DNA from: Candidatus Nomurabacteria bacterium
GTDB lineage: Bacteria > Patescibacteriota > Minisyncoccia > Phycocordibacterales > UBA5272
Reading direction: 5' to 3'
Assembly (NCBI GenBank): GCA_040376695.1
Contig: JBEIQD010000001.1
Span: forward strand, 283,029 to 316,430
Length of the DNA stretch: 33,402 nucleotides
In this document: piece by piece, positions 11,049 to 20,046 of the stretch
How positions within the stretch are numbered: position 1 is the stretch's first letter
How the letters are laid out: every line of letters begins with the position of its first letter
Notes under the pieces: model-generated
Databases searched by the model: none
The model's input: only the letters and a program-made list of their open reading frames with translations
What the model was told of the DNA's origin: nothing
Made by a program: the position numbers and the translations under genes

Positions 11049-11079
11049 AAGAGCGCTATCGCAAGATCGCGCTCTTTTT
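11049..11079 (+). terminator. Intrinsic terminator
   Basis: AAGAGCGC(T)ATC-GCAA-GAT(C)GCGCTCTT followed by a T tract. Confidence 0.75.
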
Positions 11080-11114
11080 CTTTTCCTCTATTGTTTGTTA
11101 TGATGGAATACATT

Positions 11115-11816
11115 ATGCAAGCAGTCATTCTCGCAGCAGGTAAAGGGACCCGTCTTGCCCCTCTCACTGAACAGTTACCAAAGCCACTTATTCCTGTTTG
11201 CGGAACACCTATTCTTATTCGACTCCTAACCTCTCTCCCTGAGGAAATCACTGAAATTATTATTGTTGTTGGACACAAAGGAGACATCATTAGATCAACA
11301 ATTGGAGTATTGTATGGAAATAGAAACATTACATACGTAGAACAAGGTGCCATGCACGGAACATATGGAGCCCTACTCTCAGCAAAACCTTTTATAACCT
11401 CACCTCACTTTCTTGTTATGGGAGCAGACGATATCCAAGATAGAGAGGCCCTTAAAAAAATGACTCAGCAAGATCTTGCTTTCGGTGTACACAACAAAAT
11501 ACTTCCACAAAAAGAGTACCTTATCGTGGACATTCATGAAGACATTGTACGGGGGATGCGTCGACCGACAGAAATTGAATTTGAACAACCGCAACCAATG
11601 GCAACAGGTATTTATCTTTTTGATCAAACAATTTGGAACTATGAACCATCAGAATATAAAGATGGTGAATATGGAATTCCGCAAACTATTCGTCCAATGC
11701 TTCTAGACCATGATTTCAAAGCGATTGAAATGCCAGAGTGGGTTCAGATTAATTCTCACGAAGACTTAGCTTACGCTGAACAAGTACTTACGAACAACGC
11801 CTTACCTCTCCAATAA
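11115..11816 (+). CDS. Sugar-phosphate nucleotidyltransferase (NTP_transferase family)
   Basis: MQAVILAAGKGTRLAPLT..LPKPL motif; start moved to ATG 11115. Confidence 0.9.
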   Translation: MQAVILAAGKGTRLAPLTEQLPKPLIPVCGTPILIRLLTSLPEEITEIIIVVGHKGDIIRSTIGVLYGNRNITYVEQGAMHGTYGALLSAKPFITSPHFLVMGADDIQDREALKKMTQQDLAFGVHNKILPQKEYLIVDIHEDIVRGMRRPTEIEFEQPQPMATGIYLFDQTIWNYEPSEYKDGEYGIPQTIRPMLLDHDFKAIEMPEWVQINSHEDLAYAEQVLTNNALPLQ

Positions 11817-12271
11817 TTCATAAACGTCTCTGTGTCACACCTACGATACTGCCCACGTTCCTTGTCAGTAGATTCTGGCTCATGATAAATAATCATTCCG
11901 TCTTCATATCCAACAACAACAAGCATGTGAAAACGCTTTTGTTCAAGAACTCTTTTTTCTACTGAAACAATAACAGGATTTCCTTTTTCTAGAAAACTCA
12001 TAATTTCATTAAGATCCGTAAGCCCCTCTTTTCTTTCTGCCTGAAGACCATATTCTTTTGCTTTGTTGACTAAATAATCATGCATCCAACCATTTGTCAT
12101 ATCGTATCCACCTGCATCTTTTGCTTCATTACAAAAATCTATGATGCTAGGAATTTTTACTCCATGAAATGTAGCGACCATGGCAAAGCTCACCGCTCCA
12201 CACCCTCTCAACATCCAAAATGGATCCGCTATATCAACAAACTGTGAGTAATATGGAACAGTAAGTTTCAT
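11771..12271 (-). CDS. C39-like (papain-fold) peptidase
   Basis: VPYYSQ, GCGAVSFAM (catalytic Cys), NPVIVS, HMLVVVGY (His), YHEP. Start at 12271, 1 nt after the pheT stop; no signal peptide. Confidence 0.85.
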   Translation of the reverse strand: MKLTVPYYSQFVDIADPFWMLRGCGAVSFAMVATFHGVKIPSIIDFCNEAKDAGGYDMTNGWMHDYLVNKAKEYGLQAERKEGLTDLNEIMSFLEKGNPVIVSVEKRVLEQKRFHMLVVVGYEDGMIIYHEPESTDKERGQYRRCDTETFMNYWRGKALFVSTCSA

Positions 12272-12272
12272 A

Positions 12273-14612
12273 TTAGCGAACTTCATATCCCTTTTCTTTT
12301 AAAAGTCTGTACATCCTATCTGCGACTTCATTTGCTTCTACGTCAGTGAGTGTTCGATCTTTAGCTTGAAGTACAAAACGAAAGGCATACGAAGTTTTTT
12401 GTACACCCTCTATCTCTTTCGTAAAGGTGTCAAAGCAATCAATACGAACAACAAGAGGAGAATCAACTTGTAGAGCGAGAACGTGGATACTATCCCATGA
12501 TGTTGAAGCAGGAGTCCACACAGCAATATCACGAACAATGAACGGATAAGGAGAGACTGCTTCGTATAGAACAGAATCTGTGCGCGGTGTAAGAGGTTCA
12601 TACGAAGTTGGTTCAGGTAGTGTATCAATGAGCGCATCAAAATCAAGCTCAATGATATATGGTTTCGCTTGCACTGTTTCACACTCAAGATTTGAAACCC
12701 CCAGATCACGTTTAATCTGTGAAAGTATCATGTCCACCTCATCATTAAAAGAAGATTTCTTTTTACCGTCATCAATAACGAGAGCTAAGTGTCTACGTTC
12801 ACTATTTGTGGTAAAAATATTTCCAAACTCATACATCTTCACTGTTTGAATATGTAAGAGCGGAGCGTTTAACATGTTCATCTGGAATGCTTTATTAATT
12901 CCAATACTTAAACTATGTCGTAACTTTTCTTTATCTGTTGCTAACCCTTTCACAATCTCCACTTCACCTACATCTCCAAATGAATACGTCATAATTTCTG
13001 AAAATCCATTCGCATTAAGAATATTCTTAATTTTATTTTCATAATACAGACGCTTATGAGGAAGCCCGGTTCTCTTTAATTGTGGCAATACACCTTTAAT
13101 TGAAGAGAGTCCTTGTATGCGAGCAACTTCTTCGATGAGGTCTTCCTTGATGCGAATATCAAGACGGTCATGTGGAACAGTTACAAAGAATCTAACCTCA
13201 TCTACGTCAATCATGCGAGCGTATAAAACCCCGTTCTTAAAATTTTTAGAACTTGCAATTTCTTCTGTAATTATTTTTCCAGACCCTTGAGAAATGTGAG
13301 TAACGCTGCCATTCCCAACATATAAACCAACATGATCTATACCTTGCTCTACCTTTGTGCCAGGCAAAAACCCAACTGACTCATATCGAATTTTTCCTTC
13401 ACCGGTATTTGAAAACACCAAATCTCCCCATACTGGTTCTGTTATTTTTTCTCCATATACATATTTATCGATTGAGATACTTGGTTGCCAAATACCTGAA
13501 AAGATAAAGCTCATAAGTGACGAACAAGAGAAGTGAGCAGGAGCGTCTTCTCGCATACTGGACGGATTTTTATATGTTGCACCTTCGGCCGCTAATAGTT
13601 TTTCTTCAATTATTTCTCGTGTTGTCGCTTTCCTCACACCAAAACCAAGACGAGAAAATACACCCTCTATTTCTTTGTCTCCATACGAAGTTCCAAGAAA
13701 TCCATTAACTTCTCGCACCGAAACAGAAACCACATACTCCCATGACTTTCTATTCCAAACATCAATAATTTCACCAACAGCAGCTTTTGGATTTAGTTTT
13801 TTAATTAGTGCAATTGTCATACGAAGACCCTCCTCAACAAGAGTATCGCTTATCTCATTTTCAAAACGCTTTGACGCATCAGTTCGCAGACCATACTTCT
13901 GAGAAGTTTTTCTAATAAGCGTTGGGTTAAAATTTGCCGATTCAAGAATAATAGAAGTGGTGGAAGAACTAATACCAGAAAACTTTCCTCCTTTAATACC
14001 AGCAAGCCCAAGCGGCTTCTCAGTGTCTGAAATAACAAGCGTTGAACTGTCGAGTGTGAGCTCTTTATCATCAAGAGTTGTAAGGGTTTCACCTGCTTGA
14101 GCAAAGCGTGCCACAAGAGTATTTCCTCCAATTAAAGCCGCGTCGTACGCGTGCATTGGCTTATTGAGTGAGAACTGAACGTAATTAGTGATATCTACGA
14201 TTGAATTAATACTCTTTTGTCCTATTGCTTGAAGTTTATCCTTTAGCCAAACTGGAGATTCTGTAACTTCTACACCATCAATACGCACACTCATAAAACG
14301 AGAACAAGCCTGTATGTCTTCTGTAATAATTACAGGAGCAATGACATCACTTGAAACCTTGCCTTTCCAGTATTCATGCGGATCAATAAAGGTATTCCCA
14401 ACGAGAGCTACTATGTCCTTACCCATCCCTCTATGCCCTAGTGCGTCGTGAGCTCTGTTTGGGAGCACTTTAATGTCTAAAATAGTGTCATCACCAAATG
14501 TGCTAGTCTCTTCTATTTCAAACGCATTAAATGTAACAATCTCCTCAAGTTTTTCTACGGGAGGAAATGGTTCTTTACTATATTCTTGCAACCAGTGTAG
14601 TGAAAATTTCAT
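12273..14612 (-). CDS. pheT: Phenylalanine--tRNA ligase beta subunit, lacking the B2 OB domain, with an NlpC/P60 domain inserted in B5
   Basis: MKFSLHWL, LPNRAHDAL, B3/4 motifs (IVDITNYV, LAGIKGG, LESANF, TDASKRFE), B5 RLDIRIKEDLIEEVARI, C-terminal FDX-ACB (YPFIVRDIAV, DRTLTD). Confidence 0.96.
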   Translation of the reverse strand: MKFSLHWLQEYSKEPFPPVEKLEEIVTFNAFEIEETSTFGDDTILDIKVLPNRAHDALGHRGMGKDIVALVGNTFIDPHEYWKGKVSSDVIAPVIITEDIQACSRFMSVRIDGVEVTESPVWLKDKLQAIGQKSINSIVDITNYVQFSLNKPMHAYDAALIGGNTLVARFAQAGETLTTLDDKELTLDSSTLVISDTEKPLGLAGIKGGKFSGISSSTTSIILESANFNPTLIRKTSQKYGLRTDASKRFENEISDTLVEEGLRMTIALIKKLNPKAAVGEIIDVWNRKSWEYVVSVSVREVNGFLGTSYGDKEIEGVFSRLGFGVRKATTREIIEEKLLAAEGATYKNPSSMREDAPAHFSCSSLMSFIFSGIWQPSISIDKYVYGEKITEPVWGDLVFSNTGEGKIRYESVGFLPGTKVEQGIDHVGLYVGNGSVTHISQGSGKIITEEIASSKNFKNGVLYARMIDVDEVRFFVTVPHDRLDIRIKEDLIEEVARIQGLSSIKGVLPQLKRTGLPHKRLYYENKIKNILNANGFSEIMTYSFGDVGEVEIVKGLATDKEKLRHSLSIGINKAFQMNMLNAPLLHIQTVKMYEFGNIFTTNSERRHLALVIDDGKKKSSFNDEVDMILSQIKRDLGVSNLECETVQAKPYIIELDFDALIDTLPEPTSYEPLTPRTDSVLYEAVSPYPFIVRDIAVWTPASTSWDSIHVLALQVDSPLVVRIDCFDTFTKEIEGVQKTSYAFRFVLQAKDRTLTDVEANEVADRMYRLLKEKGYEVR
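13206..13628 (-). other. NlpC/P60 (C40) domain inserted in-frame in PheT (about aa 329-469)
   Basis: GATY...FSCSSL (Cys363), GDLVF, DHVGLYVGNGSVTH (His427, His439), terminal ARMI. Confidence 0.85.
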
Positions 14613-14614
14613 AG

Positions 14615-15400
14615 TTATTTAAGATAAAGATTAAGAACACCTTCAGTATTAATAATCTCTTTCAATTTACTATAAGGGATCACTACCTGCTGAGGTCCTG
14701 CAACATATGGTGCCACCTGATACTCATCAAAATAAATTACTAGACCATCTTTTGTAGGAAGCACTCTCGAAAAATTTTCTTTAGTGGGCGCTGTGCCTTC
14801 ACGCACCATCTCTTCGTTATAAATATACTCCGTATCCCCCTGTTTTAATTGCGCCTTTAAATCTTCCTTCGATAACGTAGAGAGTACTGCCGCGTAATCA
14901 GCACCTTGCTTGAAAAGATCTGGTACTGTAACTAACTTTTTATGTTGATAGTCATAGACATACGTATCTATGGTATGAAATGGGTGTGCTGCACCACGAA
15001 GATACCACTCCATTCCCATAAAAATAGAAACATACCTCTCATTTTGTTCTTCAGTTGAAGGACTACCTGTTACAGCGCTGTGTACCTCTTTTGGAATATC
15101 TAGCTCTGCATTTGTACTGTCTACGGCATCTTTTTCAAATTCTGCAATTTTCTCATCTATACGCTTCTTCAAACTTTCATTCGTTTGTTTAATTTCTTGA
15201 GTAGCGCCTGGAATAACAGGATAGGTAACCTCAACAGTTAAAACATCTGTATTTTTTTCTATCTTTTCCACCTGAACAGGAGTCTCAACAATTGGTTGAG
15301 AAACTTGTGGTGAAGTTTTAGTAAACTGACTATATACCAAAGCAATTACAAAAATTGTAAGAAGTCCGATAATGGTAAATTGTGTTTTTCGACTATTCAT
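14615..15400 (-). CDS. Membrane-anchored DUF3298/DUF4163 (RsiV/PdaC-like) protein
   Basis: N-terminal TM helix, VTYPVI, GAAHP, DLF, GLVIYFDEYQVAPYVAG..VVIPY; start moved to ATG 15400. Confidence 0.85.
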   Translation of the reverse strand: MNSRKTQFTIIGLLTIFVIALVYSQFTKTSPQVSQPIVETPVQVEKIEKNTDVLTVEVTYPVIPGATQEIKQTNESLKKRIDEKIAEFEKDAVDSTNAELDIPKEVHSAVTGSPSTEEQNERYVSIFMGMEWYLRGAAHPFHTIDTYVYDYQHKKLVTVPDLFKQGADYAAVLSTLSKEDLKAQLKQGDTEYIYNEEMVREGTAPTKENFSRVLPTKDGLVIYFDEYQVAPYVAGPQQVVIPYSKLKEIINTEGVLNLYLK

Positions 15401-15404
15401 ATGT

Positions 15405-16217
15405 TTAGAATTGATTGACAACACGAAGATCACCGTTATAAAGCATACGAATATCATCTATGCCCGTCTGAAGCATTACGAGGCGATCAAGTCCTCCACC
15501 AAATGCGAACCCTTGGTACTCGCGTGGATTAAGACCAGCGTTTTGCAACACGTTAGGATGGATCATTCCAGCTCCCATAATTTCTATCCAACCCGATGAA
15601 GAACACAAAGAGCAGTGTCCGTCTCCAGAATCCCCTGTTCCAGAACACTTGAAACACTGCATATCAACTTCTACACTAGGTTCAGTAAATGGAAAGAACG
15701 AAGAACGAAAACGTACAGCAACTTCTTTTTCTAGGAACTCGCTAAAATAGTGCTCAAGCACACCCTTCAGATTTGCGAGCGTTACGTCTTTCCCAACCAT
15801 TAACCCTTCAACTTGAAAAAACTGAGCTTCATGTCGTGCATCTGTTGCTTCACTACGAAATACTTTTCCAGGAACAATTACAGCTATTGGAAATTCTTTC
15901 CCTTCTTTTATCCAGCGCTCAATAGTTCTTACTTGTACTCCAGAAGTATGAGTACGGAGTACGTGTCCAAGAGGTAATCCTTTCGCTAGTACTTTTTGTT
16001 CAGATACCGTAAGATGACGACCTTCGATTGTGTCACTCTTAATCCAAAACGTATCTTGCATGTCTCGTGACGGATGATCTCGTGGGACATTAAGCGCGTC
16101 AAAGTTGTACCATTCACTTTCAAGCTCTGGACCATCCACCACATCAAATCCAATTGAGGTAAATATACGCGAAACTTTATCAATCGCTTTAGTTATTGGG
16201 TGAAAATGACCATTCAT
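15405..16217 (-). CDS. pheS: Phenylalanine--tRNA ligase alpha subunit (no N-terminal coiled coil)
   Basis: GHFHPI, NFDALN..DHPSRDMQDTF, LRTHTS, FFPFTEPS, CxxC...CxxC insert, GFAFGGGLDRL; start moved to ATG 16217. Confidence 0.97.
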   Translation of the reverse strand: MNGHFHPITKAIDKVSRIFTSIGFDVVDGPELESEWYNFDALNVPRDHPSRDMQDTFWIKSDTIEGRHLTVSEQKVLAKGLPLGHVLRTHTSGVQVRTIERWIKEGKEFPIAVIVPGKVFRSEATDARHEAQFFQVEGLMVGKDVTLANLKGVLEHYFSEFLEKEVAVRFRSSFFPFTEPSVEVDMQCFKCSGTGDSGDGHCSLCSSSGWIEIMGAGMIHPNVLQNAGLNPREYQGFAFGGGLDRLVMLQTGIDDIRMLYNGDLRVVNQF

Positions 16218-16249
16218 ACCTTCTATTCTATCACAAAAGAAGACCCTGA

Positions 16250-17512
16250 CTATTTCTTGGTGTCTTGTAGAATCCACTCATTCTTCTGCTTGAAAAAAGT
16301 ATCAAACACAGCACGTCCAAGATAGAGCGGAACGAAGAATGGGTAGAGTATGAAAAATACCGGGAAGTTTCTAAAAAATTGCTGTCGATCATCTGTAAGC
16401 GTGTTACTAATGTACAGAACAAGAAGGAACATGGTGAGCATAACCATCACAATAAACGACATAACGTTAGTATTAAAGTAGAAAATATCAAATGTTGGAA
16501 TTTGAAAATGAATACCTACCGTAAGCCAGCGCTCAACTAATTGAGCAATCTGTTTTGCTGAAGTATATACAGCGAAGAGTGCTGCATAGAGACCATAAAA
16601 AACAAACATAAACGCCATTGGCAGTGTGAACATTCCAAAGTTTCCATATTCTTTCTTGAAAAAGAGCTCCCTATAATCTAGTGCATTCTCAAGAAAACCT
16701 CGTGCCCAACGAAGACGCTGATAAAAGAAACCTACTGCAGTAGATGGTCCAACGGTATACACAAGCGCCTTGTGTGAGTTGGCAATTTTAAGATGTGCCT
16801 TGTGCATGCGGAGCGTAATTTCAAAGTCTTCTGTGTTGTGAGCCTTATGATAATTACCAATCTTTTCAAACACTTCTTTTTTGAAAATAGAAAATGGACC
16901 AGGTGTTACTTGAATAGCATCCAGTGACCCGAAAGCTTTTCGAACGAATACCCCCATCAGATACTCAACAGCCTGCATACGCTGTACGAATGTTTTAGGA
17001 CGTCTAATATGAATACACGGAGTAACTGCCATGATTTCAGGATCTCTATCAAAATAAGAAATAATCGTCTTGAGTGTATGAGGGGCAACGAATGAATCAG
17101 CGTCTAAGCATCCGAAGAAATCTGACGTAGAACGCTCAAGCGCTAAGTTTACAGCAGTATGTTTACCTCCGTTTTCTTTTGAGATTGCAGTGATAAGCCC
17201 TGGATACTTTGTGGCGTATTCTTGTGCAATTGCATACGTGTTATCTTTACTTCCGTCATCAACCACCATGATCGAAAGCTTATCTTTTGGATAATCAAGC
17301 GCAAGTAGTGAATCAAGTGTTGCGGGGAGCGTTCTCTCTTCATTCCAACAAGGAATAGCGACGGCCACGCTGGGGAAATGTTCTAATTTATGATATTCCT
17401 CTTCGTCAAATTTCTTTTTGTTTTCAAAAAAAGAAATAAGCAAAAGCACTTGAAAAAACATTGAGAGAAACAAGAACGGATACATGAGCGCAGACAGAAT
17501 TTGCTCGAGCAT
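16250..17512 (-). CDS. Processive GT2 glycosyltransferase (PgaC/IcaA/CesA-like)
   Basis: DDGS, GGK, DAD, TED and QRLRW motifs plus TM helices. Confidence 0.9.
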   Translation of the reverse strand: MLEQILSALMYPFLFLSMFFQVLLLISFFENKKKFDEEEYHKLEHFPSVAVAIPCWNEERTLPATLDSLLALDYPKDKLSIMVVDDGSKDNTYAIAQEYATKYPGLITAISKENGGKHTAVNLALERSTSDFFGCLDADSFVAPHTLKTIISYFDRDPEIMAVTPCIHIRRPKTFVQRMQAVEYLMGVFVRKAFGSLDAIQVTPGPFSIFKKEVFEKIGNYHKAHNTEDFEITLRMHKAHLKIANSHKALVYTVGPSTAVGFFYQRLRWARGFLENALDYRELFFKKEYGNFGMFTLPMAFMFVFYGLYAALFAVYTSAKQIAQLVERWLTVGIHFQIPTFDIFYFNTNVMSFIVMVMLTMFLLVLYISNTLTDDRQQFFRNFPVFFILYPFFVPLYLGRAVFDTFFKQKNEWILQDTKK

Positions 17513-17523
17513 AAAAGTGGAGG

Positions 17524-18225
17524 CTATTTAGCCTTTTTAGTTGTTGAGGAGGTCGTACTTGTCGCAGAGAGTGACATATTCTCTTTAAGAGTATCTGGGA
17601 GAAGAAGCTCTAATTCCTCAACAGATTTAAAACCGATGTATGTTTGATCTTCAATCACAAGAGCAGGTAAACTAGATGTGATTTTATAAATACGCTTCAT
17701 AGAATCAACCGCTGAGAGATCTAGGTTGTAATCAAATGAATACACCCGAAGCTCAGGATACTTTTCTTTAAGGCGAGTAAGTACAAACCCTTCTTTCTCA
17801 CACTCAGGACAGTCTCCTTTGTTTGAATAGAAATAGATAATGAATACTGGCTTCTTTGCAGCTCCACACTTTTCAACTAACTTCTTTGAAAGAAGATAGT
17901 CCTTAATTTCAAGTAGTGTGTAGTACTTCTTAAGGTACACAACATCAGGATCTGTTCCCCCTCGCTCACTTTCAGTACGTGAAAGCTTTTCCCCTATTTC
18001 TGAAAGCTGAGGCGAAAGCATGCTGTCATTTACGTTACTGCAAGAAACTTCCTTAAGAAGATCAAACTGTGTTTCAGATGAGAGGATATCAATAGCGATA
18101 TTGTCCTGAATTTCTTTTACGTTTTCAACACGCTTTCCAGAAAAGAAAGATGAGGCGAAAAAGGCTGTAGCGAAAAGTGCGGCAGTTAAGACGAACGTAA
18201 AAATGTATTTTCTCGTGTCTATCAT
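17524..18225 (-). CDS. Membrane-anchored protein with C-terminal thioredoxin-like domain
   Basis: N-terminal TM helix; YFYS..CPEC; YKITSSLP (cis-Pro position). Start moved to 18225 because the track start overlaps tRNA-Thr. Confidence 0.7.
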   Translation of the reverse strand: MIDTRKYIFTFVLTAALFATAFFASSFFSGKRVENVKEIQDNIAIDILSSETQFDLLKEVSCSNVNDSMLSPQLSEIGEKLSRTESERGGTDPDVVYLKKYYTLLEIKDYLLSKKLVEKCGAAKKPVFIIYFYSNKGDCPECEKEGFVLTRLKEKYPELRVYSFDYNLDLSAVDSMKRIYKITSSLPALVIEDQTYIGFKSVEELELLLPDTLKENMSLSATSTTSSTTKKAK

Positions 18226-18231
18226 ATTGCT

Positions 18232-18307
18232 TGGAGCCACTTCTCAGGCTCGAACTGAGGACCTACGGTTTACAAAACCGTTGCTCTACCAACTGAGCTA
18301 AAGTGGC
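18232..18307 (-). tRNA. tRNA-Thr(TGT)
   Basis: GCCACTTTAGCTCAGTTGGTAGAGCAACGGT-TTTGTAA-ACCGTAGGTCCTCAGTTCGAGCCTGAGAAGTGGCTCCA. Confidence 0.97.
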
Positions 18308-18373
18308 AATTTATATACACATTGGTACTCAATATCCTATCATAAAAAAAGAAGGTTGTCATGTGCACTAACG

Positions 18374-18412
18374 CATAACAAAAGCGACACTTCTGATGCC
18401 GCTTTTGTTATG
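18374..18412 (-). terminator. Hairpin, probable terminator of the rpsB-tsf-ORF unit
   Basis: CATAACAAAAGCG...CGCTTTTGTTATG 13-bp inverted repeat. Confidence 0.65.
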
Positions 18413-18431
18413 TTGTAGAAGAAATACTCTA

Positions 18432-18821
18432 CTAATCTTCTTCCTTTTCTTTATCCATTTCCTGCTTATACACCTTCAAGTGTTCCCAGAAATGAGGTAC
18501 GGTACCTCTATTACGTACAGCATTCTTCACAAACCAGTTTCTTGATTTTGCGTATAGGAAAGCTGTTAACTTATCAATATAGTACATCACTCGTACAGCT
18601 AGATGTGCCACATACTGAATAAAAAACTTTCGAGCATGAACACTTCTCTTAAGCCCATAACGGATAATCGCATGTAGAGTGAGAGAAACTTCTGCTGGAC
18701 CATTATACCCTTCTTCAACAATTACTTTGCCACGAGATACTCTATAACTTTGAAGTACCAAGATAGAGCCCGCAGATAGTGCAGCTGTAAGTCCCGCTAT
18801 TACTAAAAGGATTACTAGCAT
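18432..18821 (-). CDS. Hypothetical membrane-anchored protein
   Basis: 129-aa ORF with a hydrophobic N-terminus, co-oriented right after tsf. Confidence 0.7.
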   Translation of the reverse strand: MLVILLVIAGLTAALSAGSILVLQSYRVSRGKVIVEEGYNGPAEVSLTLHAIIRYGLKRSVHARKFFIQYVAHLAVRVMYYIDKLTAFLYAKSRNWFVKNAVRNRGTVPHFWEHLKVYKQEMDKEKEED

Positions 18822-18838
18822 GTGTTGTTTCTCGCTAC

Positions 18839-19306
18839 CTAGATACTATAGCGAGTGAATTTTGTAACTTTGATGTTCTCTCCAAACTTTTGAATTGCTG
18901 CCTGAATACGACCTTCTACCGTTAACTCTGGGTCTTTAATAAAAGACTGCTTAAGAAGTGACGTCTCTTCTCCTAGTCCATCTTCATTATTTACCGATGT
19001 AGGAGCCATCGCACATACGTGCATCGCTAAATCTTTTGCAAGCGCAACGAATTCCTCGTTCTTTGCCACGAAATCAGTTTCGCATGCAAGTTCTAGAAGC
19101 ACTCCAGTTGTTCCGTTTGAATGAACGTATGCTGACACAGCGCCTGCTTCTACTTCACGATCACTTTTCTTTTCTGCTTGCGCAGCAGAATACTGTGAAA
19201 GTATTTCACGTGCCTTATCTTTATCTCCAGCTGCTTCATCAAGCGCTTTCTTGATTTGAGCAAATGAGAGACCTGTTTCCTCACGAAGTTCTTTAATGGT
19301 GTCCAT
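18839..19306 (-). CDS. tsf: Elongation factor Ts (short form)
   Basis: IKELREETG, ELACETDFVAKN, GENIKV; follows rpsB. Confidence 0.96.
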   Translation of the reverse strand: MDTIKELREETGLSFAQIKKALDEAAGDKDKAREILSQYSAAQAEKKSDREVEAGAVSAYVHSNGTTGVLLELACETDFVAKNEEFVALAKDLAMHVCAMAPTSVNNEDGLGEETSLLKQSFIKDPELTVEGRIQAAIQKFGENIKVTKFTRYSI

Positions 19307-19345
19307 AAATAATATGTAATGATCAATAAATAAGCGAACGACTAA

Positions 19346-20020
19346 CTATGCTGTGATAGCAAGAGCTTCCTTCATCGCTTCGAGCACAAAACGAACAGAA
19401 CCTACTGATCCGTCATTTCCGACAATTGGATACTCAATACCTTCAAGTGTACAGTCTGTGTTTGCAAGCGCAACTACAGGAATGTGAAGACGCTTAGCTT
19501 CCTTAAGACACATATCTTCATGTCGTGAGTCAATCATAACGATTGCTGCTGGAATATTTGTAAGTGAAGAAATACCTCCGAAATCACGATCCAAACGATC
19601 AATATCACGCTGAATGAGAAGCTGTTCCTTTTTTGTGTACACAGCAAGCTCTCCTGTTTCCTTCTTCTTAAGAAGATCATGAAGTTTTTCAATACGCTTC
19701 TTGATCTGAGGGAAGTTAGTAAGTGTTCCACCAATGAAACGTTCAGAGATATACGGTGCGTTAACTGAAAGCGCTACTTCTTTAACAATTTGACGAATTT
19801 CTGGCTTAACCCCAACGAAAAGAATAACCTTTCCTGCTCCCTGTACTGATTTCAAGAATGAAATAGCTTCATTGATCTGTTCAGCTGTTTTATCAAGATT
19901 AATAAAGTCTACGCCGTTATGATTAGCCTCAATGTAAGGCTTAATTGATGGGTGACGACGTGTACGAGAGTAACCGTACTGAAGTCCTGCTTTTGATAAA
20001 GCTTCTTTTGTGATTGACAT
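19346..20020 (-). CDS. rpsB: 30S ribosomal protein S2
   Basis: ILFVG, RFIGGTLTNF, IPVVALANTD, PIVGND. Confidence 0.97.
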   Translation of the reverse strand: MSITKEALSKAGLQYGYSRTRRHPSIKPYIEANHNGVDFINLDKTAEQINEAISFLKSVQGAGKVILFVGVKPEIRQIVKEVALSVNAPYISERFIGGTLTNFPQIKKRIEKLHDLLKKKETGELAVYTKKEQLLIQRDIDRLDRDFGGISSLTNIPAAIVMIDSRHEDMCLKEAKRLHIPVVALANTDCTLEGIEYPIVGNDGSVGSVRFVLEAMKEALAITA

Positions 20021-20046
20021 ATGATGATTGTGTTAATTAATAAACA

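Noticed and set aside
11771-11816. 46-bp convergent overlap of the nucleotidyltransferase and C39 genes
   Set aside because: Short tail-to-tail overlaps are common in compact genomes; there is no evidence of function
13206-13628. PheT insert as an intein or intron
   Set aside because: No N-terminal Cys/Ser with C-terminal His-Asn splice motifs and no intron hallmarks; the motifs match NlpC/P60
18232-18307. tRNA-anchored genomic island or prophage
   Set aside because: No integrase and no duplicated tRNA 3' end seen in the window
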